Positions 48,401 to 58,472 of a stretch of 64,000 nucleotides of DNA are shown here, one piece after another. Position 1 is the stretch's first letter. The number at the start of each line of letters is the position of its first letter. This stretch comes from Bacilli bacterium (GTDB lineage Bacteria; Bacillota_I; Bacilli_A; RF39; UBA660). A program made the position numbers and the translations under genes. The notes under the pieces are model-generated. The model made no database searches. It saw only the letters and a program-made list of their open reading frames with translations, and was not told where the DNA came from. The DNA is taken from contig JAFXZI010000005.1 in assembly GCA_017541325.1 (NCBI GenBank), forward strand, positions 6,074 through 70,073, given 5' to 3'.

Positions 48401-51126
48401 AAGAAGAATTTAATGATGAATTAACACTTGCTGAAGAAAAGGTAGTTAAAATAATTATTTCATTATCAGAATTTAAAAATATAAAAATTACAAGAAATAA
48501 TCTTTATGAATTATATATTCCAGAAGATGATGAGGAAATATTTAAAAGAAGTAAAACTGGAGAAGAAAAGAAAGAAGCAATTAATAATGCTTTAAGAAAA
48601 TTTGAATCTCGTGGATTTATTAAATCTAAATATTTAGAAGAAGGAATAGAAGTATATTTATTAAAGGATGGTTTTAAAGATGCACTTTTAGGAGAAGATC
48701 CTGAAATACCTAACGAATATTTTAGAACTACTGATGAAATGATGGAAGAATTTAGTTTCTTAGACAAGGATCTTGCTGAAGAAATTGTAATAGATAATCC
48801 TAAAAAAGTTGCTGATTTGGTTGAAGAGATAGAAGTAATTGAATATCCTGAAGTACCATTCTCTCCAATAATTGAGGACTCTCAAAAAATAGTAACTGAT
48901 ATGGTTTATGATAAATGTGAAAGTATTTATGGAAAACCACTTCCATATAATATAGAAGAAAGATTATCTAAAGAATTATATGGAGATTGTGTCTTTGAAA
49001 CATTAAAAAAACAATATAAAGAAAAATATCCAGATAAAGAAGAAGCTGATTATCAAGAAGAATTATATGCAGAACTTAATAAAACTGTTCGTTCTGGATT
49101 CGAAAATATTAAAAATATTTTAAGAGAAGATATAAAAAAGGATGATCCTGATTTAGATGAAGAAAAAATAGATGCTAAAATGACTAAGACTTTAGGTGGA
49201 GTAATAGGTGGAGGATTTGACGTTATCTATTTAATAGCCCAAAAGTTAGTTAAACACTCTAATGATGATGGATATTTAGTTGGATCACGTGGATCTGTTG
49301 GATCAAGTTTTGTTGCAACTATGATGGGAATAACTGAAGTTAATCCACTTCCAGCTCATTATGTTTGTCCGAAATGTAAACATTCTATTTTTGAAGACGA
49401 AGAAGGTAATAGTTTAGGAGCTACATACTCTTCTGGAGTAGATCTACCTGATTTTAATTGTCCTAAGTGTGGAACATTAATGAATAAAAATGGACAAGAT
49501 ATGCCTTTTGCAACTTTCTTAGGATTCAATGCTGATAAAGTACCAGATATCGACCTAAACTTCTCTGGAGATAATCAAGCTAGTGCTCATGAATATACAA
49601 AAGAATTATTTGGAACAGATAATGTTTATCGTGCTGGAACAATTGGTACAGTAGCAGATAAAACAGCTTATGGATTTGTTCAAGGATATGAGGAATTTAA
49701 AGAATTTGATAAATTAAAAGTAATAATGAATTCTTATGGACTTAAACCTCCATCAAAAGATGAACTTAAGAAAAAAGGACTTATAAAAAGTAGACTTAGA
49801 AGTTGTGAAACTGAACGTATTTCAATTGGTTGTACTGGTGTTAAAAGAACTACTGGACAACATCCTGGTGGAATAGTAGTAGTTCCTGGATATAGAGATG
49901 TATTTGATTTTACACCTTTCCAATATCCCGCAAATGATCCAACTGTTCCATGGAGAACAACACACTTTGATTATCATGCTATCGATCAAGATTTATTAAA
50001 GTTAGATATACTTGGACATGATGATCCTACAGTATTAAGACTTTTACAAGATTTATCTAAAGAAGCAATTGAATTAGGTGATGACAAAAATACATATCCA
50101 ATTAATGAAAATGGAGAAGTAGATGTTACTTGTGTACCTCTTGATGATAAAGATACTATGCAAATATTTTCATCTACTAAAAGTTTAGGAGTATCTGAAG
50201 AAGAAATAATGTGTCCGACTGGAACTCTTGGTGTTCCTGAATTTGGTACAAAGTTTGTTATTCAAATGTTAGTTGATACCAGACCTACAACTTTCTCAGA
50301 ATTAATTAAAATATCTGGACTTTCTCATGGAACTGATGTATGGCTTGGTAATGCTCAAGATTTAATTGCTAATAAAATAGTACCATTTAAAGAAGTAATT
50401 GGTTGTCGTGATGATATAATGGTTTATTTAAGTTATCATGGAGTTGTACCAATTAAAGCATTTAAAATAATGGAATTTGTTCGTAAGGGAAAAGCAAGTA
50501 AAGAACCAAAAGAGTGGGCAAATTGGAAACAAGTAATGCTAGATGCTAAAATAGAACCATGGTTTATTGATTCTTGTCAAAAAATTAAATACATGTTCCC
50601 TAAAGCTCATGCTGCGGCATATGTAACAAGTGCTTTTAGAATAGCTTGGTATAAAGTACATCATCCTATTTTATATTATGCAGCATATTTTTCAATAAGA
50701 TGTGAAGCATTTGATATCGATGCAATGGTAAGGGGATATGATGGAATTAAGAATAAATTACTCGAAATAGATGAAAAAGGAGCAAGCGCAACAAACAAAG
50801 AAAAGGATACGTCTGATGTATTAAGAGTATGTTTAGAAGCTGCTGCTCGTGGAATTAAATTTAAAAATGTAGATATAAATGAATCTGATGGAAAGTATTT
50901 TAAGATTGACAAAGATAGACAAACATTAATACTTCCATTTAGAGCAATGGATGGTCTAGGAGAAAATGTTGCACAAGGAATTGTTGAAGAAAGAGAAAAG
51001 GAACCATTCATTAGTATAGAAGATTTACAAAAGAGAGGACATGTATCAAAGACATTAATTGACAACATGTCGAAGATGGGAATATTAGATGGATTATCTG
51101 ATAGTAACCAGTTGACACTATTTTAA
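45490..51126 (+). CDS. polC: DNA polymerase III PolC-type, expanded (1878 aa)
   Basis: PHP RIELHSHTKMS. Exonuclease motifs FVVFDTETTGF, LVAHNAKFD and HHRADYDAE. Zinc module CPKCKH...CPKCG. GVKRTTGQHPGG and PKAHAAAYV. Strong RBS ggaggggg. Confidence 0.95.
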   Translation: MDKEIKNLLEKLEIDSKYYSEFDNATVGKVSINKKYNVVSLYLNTESNLSIELYEELERSLNNFFNSERSLVFISPKNRNIDYFNKYFNKAFHIIEKKNPIINIFSDRLIKVDDNYYVEALNKAEQRQINGFLKDINNYMNMYGYSVNISTQINEEKRNDIKHSIDSEKEKTKEEVKEIERKIEEKKKEEKILKKQREEKIKIEKEQTDESVLKGRAILDKVKRIKDLVVEEDSVSIEGELFGVETFEPASHEFKIITLKVTDYTDSITAKLFLRDEEEYNSIISKLKSGVNVKLRGYTKVDKYSASELVLNLRDINVIEKEVNKRVDTYPRKRIELHSHTKMSDMDSVCDEVALVKQAIKWGHPGIAITDHDCCQAFPHVYSEVSKYNKGLDAPVKDAKKKVAELEKEVEEHPEKTNLLELAREELEEAKEKRKNTPNFKALYGCELEMSEDYLNVVYNSTNKKIDDIAFVVFDTETTGFNAGLGDSMIEIGAVKVKNGVITDERFDELINPGRHIDSVITNLTGISDFKVRDADNEENVVKRFKEFIGDAVLVAHNAKFDKSMLDMAYYKYGLGKLTNPIVDTLNLSRVINKDLKRHSLSALTKFYKIEMDEVDNEDDEDRVETVEEDSAFESDFSGIKEIKVNGNIAYSDVDKKLIQVEFEEESEVEIEVVYNNSSITSVINYGSRKENIKPGKNNILIKYVDDNIEKEVNITVNKVRSHHRADYDAEKTAEMFLKMLGGIKDLKDLSELSSVEFLCEKSGQTLNPLETEYDNIPHKTVAEKVINDNSRAMHVNLIAKNKIGLKNLFKIISYANTGFLLKYARIPRRIIEENREGILIGSCCESGEIFDIALTRTDEDLIKAMEFYDYIEVQPPTNYLYLVRNRDINSLDEIKEVINKIIRCAKKCGKIICATGDVHNINKEDLIYREIIVNQSSPSKGRHPLARYLNRKGIAASNEDLFEKIKRISKEEFNDELTLAEEKVVKIIISLSEFKNIKITRNNLYELYIPEDDEEIFKRSKTGEEKKEAINNALRKFESRGFIKSKYLEEGIEVYLLKDGFKDALLGEDPEIPNEYFRTTDEMMEEFSFLDKDLAEEIVIDNPKKVADLVEEIEVIEYPEVPFSPIIEDSQKIVTDMVYDKCESIYGKPLPYNIEERLSKELYGDCVFETLKKQYKEKYPDKEEADYQEELYAELNKTVRSGFENIKNILREDIKKDDPDLDEEKIDAKMTKTLGGVIGGGFDVIYLIAQKLVKHSNDDGYLVGSRGSVGSSFVATMMGITEVNPLPAHYVCPKCKHSIFEDEEGNSLGATYSSGVDLPDFNCPKCGTLMNKNGQDMPFATFLGFNADKVPDIDLNFSGDNQASAHEYTKELFGTDNVYRAGTIGTVADKTAYGFVQGYEEFKEFDKLKVIMNSYGLKPPSKDELKKKGLIKSRLRSCETERISIGCTGVKRTTGQHPGGIVVVPGYRDVFDFTPFQYPANDPTVPWRTTHFDYHAIDQDLLKLDILGHDDPTVLRLLQDLSKEAIELGDDKNTYPINENGEVDVTCVPLDDKDTMQIFSSTKSLGVSEEEIMCPTGTLGVPEFGTKFVIQMLVDTRPTTFSELIKISGLSHGTDVWLGNAQDLIANKIVPFKEVIGCRDDIMVYLSYHGVVPIKAFKIMEFVRKGKASKEPKEWANWKQVMLDAKIEPWFIDSCQKIKYMFPKAHAAAYVTSAFRIAWYKVHHPILYYAAYFSIRCEAFDIDAMVRGYDGIKNKLLEIDEKGASATNKEKDTSDVLRVCLEAAARGIKFKNVDINESDGKYFKIDKDRQTLILPFRAMDGLGENVAQGIVEEREKEPFISIEDLQKRGHVSKTLIDNMSKMGILDGLSDSNQLTLF

Positions 51127-51127
51127 C

Positions 51128-51156
51128 TTTAAAAAAAGTGTAAAGTGTGGTATAAT
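51128..51156 (+). promoter_or_regulatory. Extended -10 promoter candidate for the 571-aa orphan gene
   Basis: TGgTATAAT at 51148-51156, with a weak -35 TTTAAA 17 nt upstream. Confidence 0.4.
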
Positions 51157-51222
51157 GATTAAGTGAGGTGTTTTAGACAAAAAAGTCTAGAAGCATTTAT
51201 AAATAATTAGGTGGTGAATAAA

Positions 51223-52938
51223 ATGGCTGTATTTAGAGATGATATTTTAGAAGTTATAATGTCTTGTAAGCCAGAAACTGAAACTGAAGAAGATTATAAA
51301 GCAAGAATTCATTATGATACCATAGTTGGTGCATTAACTATGTCTGAGGATTTAAGAGTTCGAGGGCAAAAAATTCAAGCTGGAGAATTACCTGCTAGTA
51401 ATAAAGATGCTGCATCAGAAAAGTTAATTACAACTTCTCGTGCTATGGAGATTCATATATCTGAAACTGTTTTTGCAAATATAGTTCTTCCATATGTTGA
51501 AAAACAACCAGAAACCGATAGAGCAAGAATTATACAAGAATTAATAGCAAATCATAGTTCTTTAAAAGAGGTAAGTGGATTACTTCCTAAAGAAGGAACT
51601 GTTTCTTATTCTGAAGAAGAAATTATACAAATTATGGAAGATATTTCAAATGGTACTATCAAATTTGAAGAAATTCAAAAGTTTGCTAATGCAGTTATAA
51701 AAAGAGATGTTGATGGTGAAGATTTACCAGAAGATTCTGTTGAGGAAATAAGAACATTAGATTCTACTTTAACAAGCCTTGTTGTTGAAAAGAGAATGAA
51801 AGAAGTAGCAAAAAAATTAGTAGAATTAAGAATGAAGACTCCACAAACAGAAGAAACTGCAAGAGAAATTAGTGACTTAAAAGAAACTATTAAAACTGAA
51901 TTTGGATATTTATCTAATTATGAAGAAATCTTTGGAAGAATTGTTGATGAAGTAGATATTGAAGATTTAGATCCTATGGTTGTTGCAGCATATGAAGCAG
52001 TTAGACAAGCAGAAAGAGATGCTGAAACTGCATTTAATACTGAAGTAGAACCAACTATAACTATGGTTCAAAATAAGGACAAAAGATTCCTAGTTAACAC
52101 ATCAACAGGTGAAGTAATAGATAATAGAACTCGCGATAGAAAAGAAAGAATTAGAAACTATGCATACGCTACTGGTGAAAGAGAAGCACAATTTACTGAA
52201 ACTGACAAAAAAACTATGGAATTTTTCATGAATGCTTATATGCCTAAATTATTGCCTGACTTAAATACACCTTTAGGACAAGCAAGATATAAAAAATTAG
52301 AAGAAGAATTAAAACCTAGAAATGGAGATAACTGGTATGAGATTTATAAGCAAAATGTAATTAGTGCTTATGTTTCATCATATAAATCTACAACTCAACG
52401 TTTAGAACAACCTGAAATAGTAGAAGGTTTAACAGAAAGAAGTAATGGAGAAGATAGAGTAAAACCGGTATCTTTTGAAGAATTAAGTTTTGTAATTAGT
52501 ACTTTTGAAAGAAGACTTGATGAAACAGGAAATGAGATACTTGTAGTTAAAGAAACTGGAGAAAAAGTAACTTCTGGAAAGACAATTTCAAGTTTTGCTT
52601 ATGCTGAAGCTTGGGCAAAAGCCTATGGTAAACAAGTTGGAGAAGATGGAAGCGTAACAATTAGAACATCTGTTGCCTTTAGTCCAGAAAAAGAACGCTT
52701 ATTTAATGCTGTTCAAACTGCTGTTAACGGTGTTTTAGCAAGCGGACCAGTCGAAAATGCAGAAGATCTTGATACTGCCGCTATAATGGAGGCTCTTCCA
52801 GAAGATATGAGAACTGCTGAAGCAACAGAATTATTAACAAGAACTGGTGATGCAGTAATTGCATTCCATGGTGTACAAACAACAGCACCTGTAAGAGAAG
52901 CTGCTGAAACAGCAGAAGAAGAATCAAGAACTAGATAA
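51223..52938 (+). CDS. Acidic cytoplasmic protein of unknown function (571 aa)
   Basis: ATG at 51223 behind RBS aggtggtga. No TM or signal peptide. Glu/Thr/Ala-rich, with no motif I recognise. Has its own promoter-like element and terminator. Confidence 0.7.
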   Translation: MAVFRDDILEVIMSCKPETETEEDYKARIHYDTIVGALTMSEDLRVRGQKIQAGELPASNKDAASEKLITTSRAMEIHISETVFANIVLPYVEKQPETDRARIIQELIANHSSLKEVSGLLPKEGTVSYSEEEIIQIMEDISNGTIKFEEIQKFANAVIKRDVDGEDLPEDSVEEIRTLDSTLTSLVVEKRMKEVAKKLVELRMKTPQTEETAREISDLKETIKTEFGYLSNYEEIFGRIVDEVDIEDLDPMVVAAYEAVRQAERDAETAFNTEVEPTITMVQNKDKRFLVNTSTGEVIDNRTRDRKERIRNYAYATGEREAQFTETDKKTMEFFMNAYMPKLLPDLNTPLGQARYKKLEEELKPRNGDNWYEIYKQNVISAYVSSYKSTTQRLEQPEIVEGLTERSNGEDRVKPVSFEELSFVISTFERRLDETGNEILVVKETGEKVTSGKTISSFAYAEAWAKAYGKQVGEDGSVTIRTSVAFSPEKERLFNAVQTAVNGVLASGPVENAEDLDTAAIMEALPEDMRTAEATELLTRTGDAVIAFHGVQTTAPVREAAETAEEESRTR

Positions 52939-52947
52939 TAAAAAAAT

Positions 52948-52976
52948 AGAAGTAAGTAGAAGTACTTCTTCTTTTT
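52948..52976 (+). terminator. Rho-independent terminator
   Basis: agaagta agtagaag tacttct hairpin followed by tctttttatt. Confidence 0.65.
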
Positions 52977-52995
52977 ATTAAGAAAGGAGGAATTT

Positions 52996-54735
52996 ATGAA
53001 TAATGATATTATTAATGAAGTAAGACAAAAAGTAGATATTGTCGATATAGTATCTGAATATATTCCTCTTGTCCAAAAAGGAAAAAACTTCTTTGGAGTT
53101 TGTCCTTTTCATGATGATACAAATCCATCTATGAGTGTAAGTCGTGAAAAACAAATATATAGATGTTTTTCTTGTGGTGCTAGTGGTAACGTTTACAACT
53201 TTTTGATGGATTATAATCATATTGATTTTAAAGAAGCATTACATATATTAGGAGAAAAAGCAGGAATTGATATTGGTGGAGTTTCTGTTTCTAAGACTCC
53301 TAACAAATATGATAGATTTTATGAAATATATGATATAGCTAATAAATATTATCAAAATAATATAAATACTAAAGCTGGTACTAAAGCTAAAAAATATTTA
53401 GAAAAACGTAGAATAGATGAAGAATTAATAAAAGAATTTGGAATAGGTTTAAGTTTAGATAGTATGGATTCTTTAACAAAGATTCTTACTCAGAAAGATT
53501 ATAATTTAAAAGAATTAGAAGCAATTGGACTTGTTTCAAATAATCATGATTTATTTATTAATAGAATTACTTTTCCTTTATATGATCCATCAGGACATAT
53601 AGTAGGATTTAGTGCAAGAATATATGATGGTTCGAGTCAAAATAAATATTTAAATACAAAAGAAACAATCATTTTTAAAAAAGGAAATTGTTTATATAAC
53701 TATCATATTGCAAGGGAATATGCTCGAAAAATAAAATATCTTATTATAGTTGAAGGTTTTATGGATGTAATAAGACTTTCTAGTATAGGATATAAGAATG
53801 TTGTAGCATTAATGGGAACTGCTTTAACAGATGATCAAATTAGTTTAATAAAAAAATTATCTAATAATATTTATTTATCACTTGATGGTGATAATCCTGG
53901 AAGAAATGCAGCTTTATCTAATGGAGAATTATTAACTAAAGCAGGATTAAATGTTAAAGTTATAACACTTCCGAATGTAGACGGAGAACACGATCCAGAT
54001 GAATATATTATTAAATATGGAAAAGATAGATTTGATGGACTTTTAGAGTCTGCGATAAATTATAGTGATTATAAGATAAATTCACTTAAAAATGGAGTTA
54101 ATTTTAGTAGTGATTTAGAGTTATCTAACTATATTAATTCTGTTATTGTTGAAGCATCTAAAATAGATGATGAAATTAGACGTGAAATAATCCTTAAAAA
54201 ACTTGCAAATGAAGTAAATATAAGTTATAATACACTGGAAAAACGTTTAAATGAGTACTTAGAATTCAGGAAAGTTACAAATAAAAAAGAAGAGAAAAAA
54301 ACAGCACCACAACCAAAGACTAGATTATCTAAATATGATATTGCAGCATACAATTTAATATATGCTATGGTTAATAATAGTGAAATAATTAAATTGTTTG
54401 AAGATAAAAAAGTACAATTAATGACAAAAGAACTTAGAAGTTTAGCTAGTGAAATATGTTATTATTATAAAAAGTATGGTAATATCAATGTGGCTGATTT
54501 TTATACTTATTTAAATGATAAAGAGGAGTTACTTACAATCTTTAATCATATTACTAGTATGGATTTTGATGATGATACTAGTATTCAAGCTATTAATGAT
54601 TATATTGGAGTCTTAGAAGAATATAGAGTGAGGCAAGAGATAAAACGCCTAAATGAGCTGATAAAGAAAGAAACAGATCCAATTGAAAAATCTAAAATAG
54701 CTGAAAAGATTAGATTGCTTAGAATTGGGGATTGA
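52996..54735 (+). CDS. dnaG: DNA primase
   Basis: Zinc-binding [13 protein letters not shown]...[26 protein letters not shown] and [11 protein letters not shown] aaggagg. Confidence 0.93.
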   Translation: MNNDIINEVRQKVDIVDIVSEYIPLVQKGKNFFGVCPFHDDTNPSMSVSREKQIYRCFSCGASGNVYNFLMDYNHIDFKEALHILGEKAGIDIGGVSVSKTPNKYDRFYEIYDIANKYYQNNINTKAGTKAKKYLEKRRIDEELIKEFGIGLSLDSMDSLTKILTQKDYNLKELEAIGLVSNNHDLFINRITFPLYDPSGHIVGFSARIYDGSSQNKYLNTKETIIFKKGNCLYNYHIAREYARKIKYLIIVEGFMDVIRLSSIGYKNVVALMGTALTDDQISLIKKLSNNIYLSLDGDNPGRNAALSNGELLTKAGLNVKVITLPNVDGEHDPDEYIIKYGKDRFDGLLESAINYSDYKINSLKNGVNFSSDLELSNYINSVIVEASKIDDEIRREIILKKLANEVNISYNTLEKRLNEYLEFRKVTNKKEEKKTAPQPKTRLSKYDIAAYNLIYAMVNNSEIIKLFEDKKVQLMTKELRSLASEICYYYKKYGNINVADFYTYLNDKEELLTIFNHITSMDFDDDTSIQAINDYIGVLEEYRVRQEIKRLNELIKKETDPIEKSKIAEKIRLLRIGD

Positions 54736-54740
54736 ATACA

Positions 54741-55829
54741 ATGGTAGAAGAAATAAAAACTATTGAAGCAAGAAAAGAAGCTTTACTTAAAAAAGGTAAA
54801 GAAAATGGTTATATAACTTATGAAGAGTTAGCTGCTGAACTTAAAGGACTTGATGTTGACAGTGATACCTTAGATGACTTGTATAACGCTCTTGTAGATA
54901 ATAATATTGAAGTAATTTCTGAAACTGCTGATAATGATAATACAACAGATGATCCAGAGGATTTAGTAGTTGAAGACCTAACAATGTCAAAAGACATTAA
55001 AATTAACGATCCTGTTAGAATGTATTTAAAGGAAATAGGTCGTATAAACCTTCTTACAACAGATGAAGAATTTGAATATGCAAAACTTGCTGTTGAAGGA
55101 GATGAAAATGCTAAAAAGATTTTAGCTGAATCTAACTTACGTTTAGTAGTAAGTATTGCTAAACGTTATGTAGGTCGTGGAATGTTATTCTTAGATTTAA
55201 TTCAAGAAGGAAACATCGGACTTATGAAAGCAGTAGATAAATTTGATCCAACAAAAGGATATAAATTTAGTACATATGCAACATGGTGGATAAGACAAGC
55301 AATAACTCGTGCAATTGCAGACCAAGCAAGAACAATTCGTGTACCAGTACATATGGTAGAAACAATTAATAAACTTGCTCGTGTTCAAAGACAATTAACA
55401 CAAGAATTAAATAGAGAACCAACAGAAGAAGAACTAGCTAAAAAGTTAGGTATTACTGTTGATAAGGTTCGTGAAGTATATAAAATAAGTCAAGATCCAG
55501 TATCTCTTGATACTCCAATTGGTGAAGAAGATGACTCTCACTTAGGAGATTTTATTAAAGATGAAAGAACTATGTCACCAGAAGAATATGCAACTGTTGA
55601 AATGTTAAAAGAAGAACTAGCTAGTGTTTTATCAACACTAACTGATCGTGAAGAAAAAGTCTTACGTTTAAGATTTGGACTTGATGATGGACAATGTCGT
55701 ACTCTTGAAGAAGTTGGACAAATATTTGGAGTAACACGTGAACGTATTCGTCAAATAGAAGCAAAAGCTTTAAGAAAATTAAGACATCCATCACGTTCTA
55801 AAAAATTAAAGGATTTCCTTATTGATTAA
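54741..55829 (+). CDS. sigA: Primary RNA polymerase sigma factor
   Basis: Region 2 [40 protein letters not shown]. Region 4 [30 protein letters not shown]. The ATG at 54741 is preferred over the TTG at 54732. Confidence 0.95.
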   Translation: MVEEIKTIEARKEALLKKGKENGYITYEELAAELKGLDVDSDTLDDLYNALVDNNIEVISETADNDNTTDDPEDLVVEDLTMSKDIKINDPVRMYLKEIGRINLLTTDEEFEYAKLAVEGDENAKKILAESNLRLVVSIAKRYVGRGMLFLDLIQEGNIGLMKAVDKFDPTKGYKFSTYATWWIRQAITRAIADQARTIRVPVHMVETINKLARVQRQLTQELNREPTEEELAKKLGITVDKVREVYKISQDPVSLDTPIGEEDDSHLGDFIKDERTMSPEEYATVEMLKEELASVLSTLTDREEKVLRLRFGLDDGQCRTLEEVGQIFGVTRERIRQIEAKALRKLRHPSRSKKLKDFLID

Positions 55830-56488
55830 TGAGAATTAGCAATAGATTAAAAGAAATTGCATCTTTAGTAGATGATAATACTAGCATAATAGATATCGGT
55901 TGTGATCATGCACTTCTCGATATCTTTTTAGTTCAAAATAAAAAATTAAATAAAATAGTTGCATCTGATAATAAAAAAGAACCTTTAAATAGTGCTCTTT
56001 CAAATATTAAAAGGTATCATGTAGAAAATAAAATAAAATTATCTTTAAATGATGGATTAAAAAATGTTGATGATGATATAGATACTGTTATTATTTCTGG
56101 TATGGGTGGAGAATTAATTAAAGATATTTTAAAAGTAGAATATTTAAAAAATATAAATACTTTAATATTATCACCACAAAGTGATATTTATGCTTTAAGA
56201 ACACACCTAAATAAAATTGGTTATAAATTTATCTTTGAAAAAATAATAAAAGATCAAAAAAAATATTATATAATTATGAAATTAGAAAGAGGAAAAGAAA
56301 AATTATCTGAAGAAGAATTAAAATATGGACCAGTTTTATTAAAAAACAAAGATGATATTTTTCGTGAGTATTATGACTCTATCCTAAAGGAGAAAATTAA
56401 TATCTTAGATAAAGTACCAATTAATCTAAAAAATGCAGTAATGGATGAAATAGATGAATTAAATGAATTATTAGATAACTTTACATAA
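55829..56488 (+). CDS. trmK: tRNA (adenine22-N1)-methyltransferase, TrmK/YqfN family
   Basis: SAM-binding IIDIGCDHALL, then VIISGMGGELI. The position after dnaG-sigA is as in Bacillus. ATG overlaps the sigA stop. Confidence 0.8.
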   Translation: MRISNRLKEIASLVDDNTSIIDIGCDHALLDIFLVQNKKLNKIVASDNKKEPLNSALSNIKRYHVENKIKLSLNDGLKNVDDDIDTVIISGMGGELIKDILKVEYLKNINTLILSPQSDIYALRTHLNKIGYKFIFEKIIKDQKKYYIIMKLERGKEKLSEEELKYGPVLLKNKDDIFREYYDSILKEKINILDKVPINLKNAVMDEIDELNELLDNFT

Positions 56489-56499
56489 GTTATCTTTTT
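56472..56499 (+). terminator. Rho-independent terminator after trmK
   Basis: agataactt tacat aagttatct is a perfect 9-bp stem enclosing the stop codon, followed by T5. Confidence 0.7.
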
Positions 56500-56592
56500 T
56501 ATTGTCTAATTTACATTTTATGTTTACGAAACAAGTAAAATGTTGCCATCATTTTGTTATAATTAAATTAGGAAAATAGGGTTGGTGATCTT

Positions 56593-58221
56593 ATGAAAAA
56601 AATAATTAAAAAGATTAAATCTTTAGGAATTAGTGGATTTACTTTAATAGAATTATTAGGTGTTTTAGTAATTATGGGATTATTAATTCTTGTAGTTATG
56701 CCTAACTTATATAAATTAATTCACAAAAATGATGCCAAAGATTATACAACTTATTATGATTTAATTGAATTTGGAGCAGTAAAATATGCTGATGATGCTA
56801 GAAGTGAACTTGGAACAACTCATGATATTGGTTGTACTCATATTTCACTGGAAGAACTTGTACAAAAAGAATATGTTAGTGAATTTTCTAAAAAAGGAGT
56901 AGATTGTTCACTTGGAAGTCATGGAATAGTTATTAGAAATAATAATGGTAAGATAACTGTTAAGTATAGAATGACTTGTAAAAAAGGTGATGATGTAATC
57001 TTTGCTGAAGGTGAAGATGATGCTTTAACTTGCCTAGCTTATAAAGGTGACGATAGTATTAGTTTTGTTGAAAAAATAAGTGGATTAACTCATACTGATA
57101 AAGATAATATTTCATATATAACAGCTACTTCAAACTATGTAAAATTCTCTGGTCAATTATTTAGAATTGTTAGTATTAATAAAACATTAAATACTGTGAA
57201 ATTAGTTTCAGATACTCCAGTAGCATCTATTAGATATAACGGAGATGAAAGAACAACATACACTAATAGTGATATAGAAATGTGGTTAAATAATGAATAC
57301 TTAAAATCATTACAACCTGATTATAGAACATACTTAGCATCAGCTGCTTGGAAACCAACTTCAACAACAACAAGAAAAGCAGTTGTAGGTTTAGTTAGTA
57401 AAGAAGATTATGGATATATTAGTGGTTGGTATGGATCAGATCAATCTTGGTTATTAGACGAAGGTGGATTTACTGCTAAATCACCATTTGGTAATCCAGC
57501 AGTTAATTCATTCCATTCTGTAAGACCTGCTATTACTTTAAATCCTGATGTTGTATGGCACAGTGGTACTGGAAGTAAAACAGATCCATATGTAATTAGC
57601 GATACTCCAATTGGAGCTGTAGATGAATTCTTAAATCAAAGAATTCCAGGAGAATATGTTAAATTTAGCGGAAGTAAATATAGAATAGTTTCAGTTAATG
57701 CAGAAGGAACAAAACTAATTGGAACAGCATCAATTGGTAAAAAGAAGTTTGCTGATGAATTAGGAGAAGGAGCATTAAACTATTTAATTGATTCAAGTAA
57801 TTTAGGTATTTATTTAAACGATGGATGGATTACATCTTTATCAGGAGGAGAGAAAAACTTATTAGATAAAGGTGATTTCTGCCTAGATACAATTAATAGT
57901 ACAGTAACAACTAGATTATCAACAACTTGTATAGATGATACATTAATAAAGAGTATGAAAGTAGGAGTTCCTAAAATAGGAGAACTATTTACTGGACCAT
58001 ATGCTGGAATAAATTATTGGACAGTTAATCCTAATACTATTAGAAATGATGGAGGAACATATACTAATTCAACTATTAATGTTGTAAAAAGTGATGGAAC
58101 TATAGCTGGAGTTAATATTAAAGACCAATCAACAGATGTAGTTGTAGTAATCTATTTAGGTTCAAATGTTCAAATAAATGGTGGTAGTGGAACAGAAGCA
58201 TCACCATATACAATAAAGTAA
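56593..58221 (+). CDS. Modular type IV pilin-like protein (prepilin leader plus about 490-aa C-terminal module)
   Basis: MKKIIKKIKSLGISG/FTLIELLGVLVIMGLLILVVMP is a class III signal with Glu+5. The C-terminal module has two segments ending in GTGSKTDPYVI and GSGTEASPYTI. Confidence 0.8.
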   Translation: MKKIIKKIKSLGISGFTLIELLGVLVIMGLLILVVMPNLYKLIHKNDAKDYTTYYDLIEFGAVKYADDARSELGTTHDIGCTHISLEELVQKEYVSEFSKKGVDCSLGSHGIVIRNNNGKITVKYRMTCKKGDDVIFAEGEDDALTCLAYKGDDSISFVEKISGLTHTDKDNISYITATSNYVKFSGQLFRIVSINKTLNTVKLVSDTPVASIRYNGDERTTYTNSDIEMWLNNEYLKSLQPDYRTYLASAAWKPTSTTTRKAVVGLVSKEDYGYISGWYGSDQSWLLDEGGFTAKSPFGNPAVNSFHSVRPAITLNPDVVWHSGTGSKTDPYVISDTPIGAVDEFLNQRIPGEYVKFSGSKYRIVSVNAEGTKLIGTASIGKKKFADELGEGALNYLIDSSNLGIYLNDGWITSLSGGEKNLLDKGDFCLDTINSTVTTRLSTTCIDDTLIKSMKVGVPKIGELFTGPYAGINYWTVNPNTIRNDGGTYTNSTINVVKSDGTIAGVNIKDQSTDVVVVIYLGSNVQINGGSGTEASPYTIK

Positions 58222-58224
58222 AAC

Positions 58225-58253
58225 TTTACAAAATTACAAAATTATTCTATAAT
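58225..58253 (+). promoter_or_regulatory. Sigma-A-type promoter for the T-box leader
   Basis: TTTACA at 58225-58230, a 17-nt spacer, then TATAAT at 58248-58253, about 10 nt before the leader's GA-motif. Confidence 0.5.
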
Positions 58254-58263
58254 TTGATGCATA

Positions 58264-58472
58264 GGCGATGAAGTTGAGGAGTATTACATAATAATTTTTA
58301 GAGAGTTAGTGGTTGGTGTAAACTAATAATTAAAGTGTAAGAAGGTAGCAAGGGAGCCAAACTATTGAACAAAGTAGATAGTTTCGTTATACGCGTTAAG
58401 TATTTGAGATAGATTATTCTATAAATTAAGGTGGTACCGCGGTTTTTCGCCCTTATAGGTATCATCTTTTTT
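58264..58472 (+). promoter_or_regulatory. T-box riboswitch leader (tRNA-sensing transcription attenuator), probable Val (GUA) specifier
   Basis: Stem I GA/K-turn ggcgatgaag. AGUA S-turn half. AG bulge agagag at 58300-58305. Distal loop ggttggtgtaaac. Specifier loop gaaGGTAg at 58341-58348. T-box aattaaggtggtaccgcgg at 58425-58443. Terminator ggtaccgcg...cgc...ggtatc plus atcttttttt to 58472. Confidence 0.85.
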
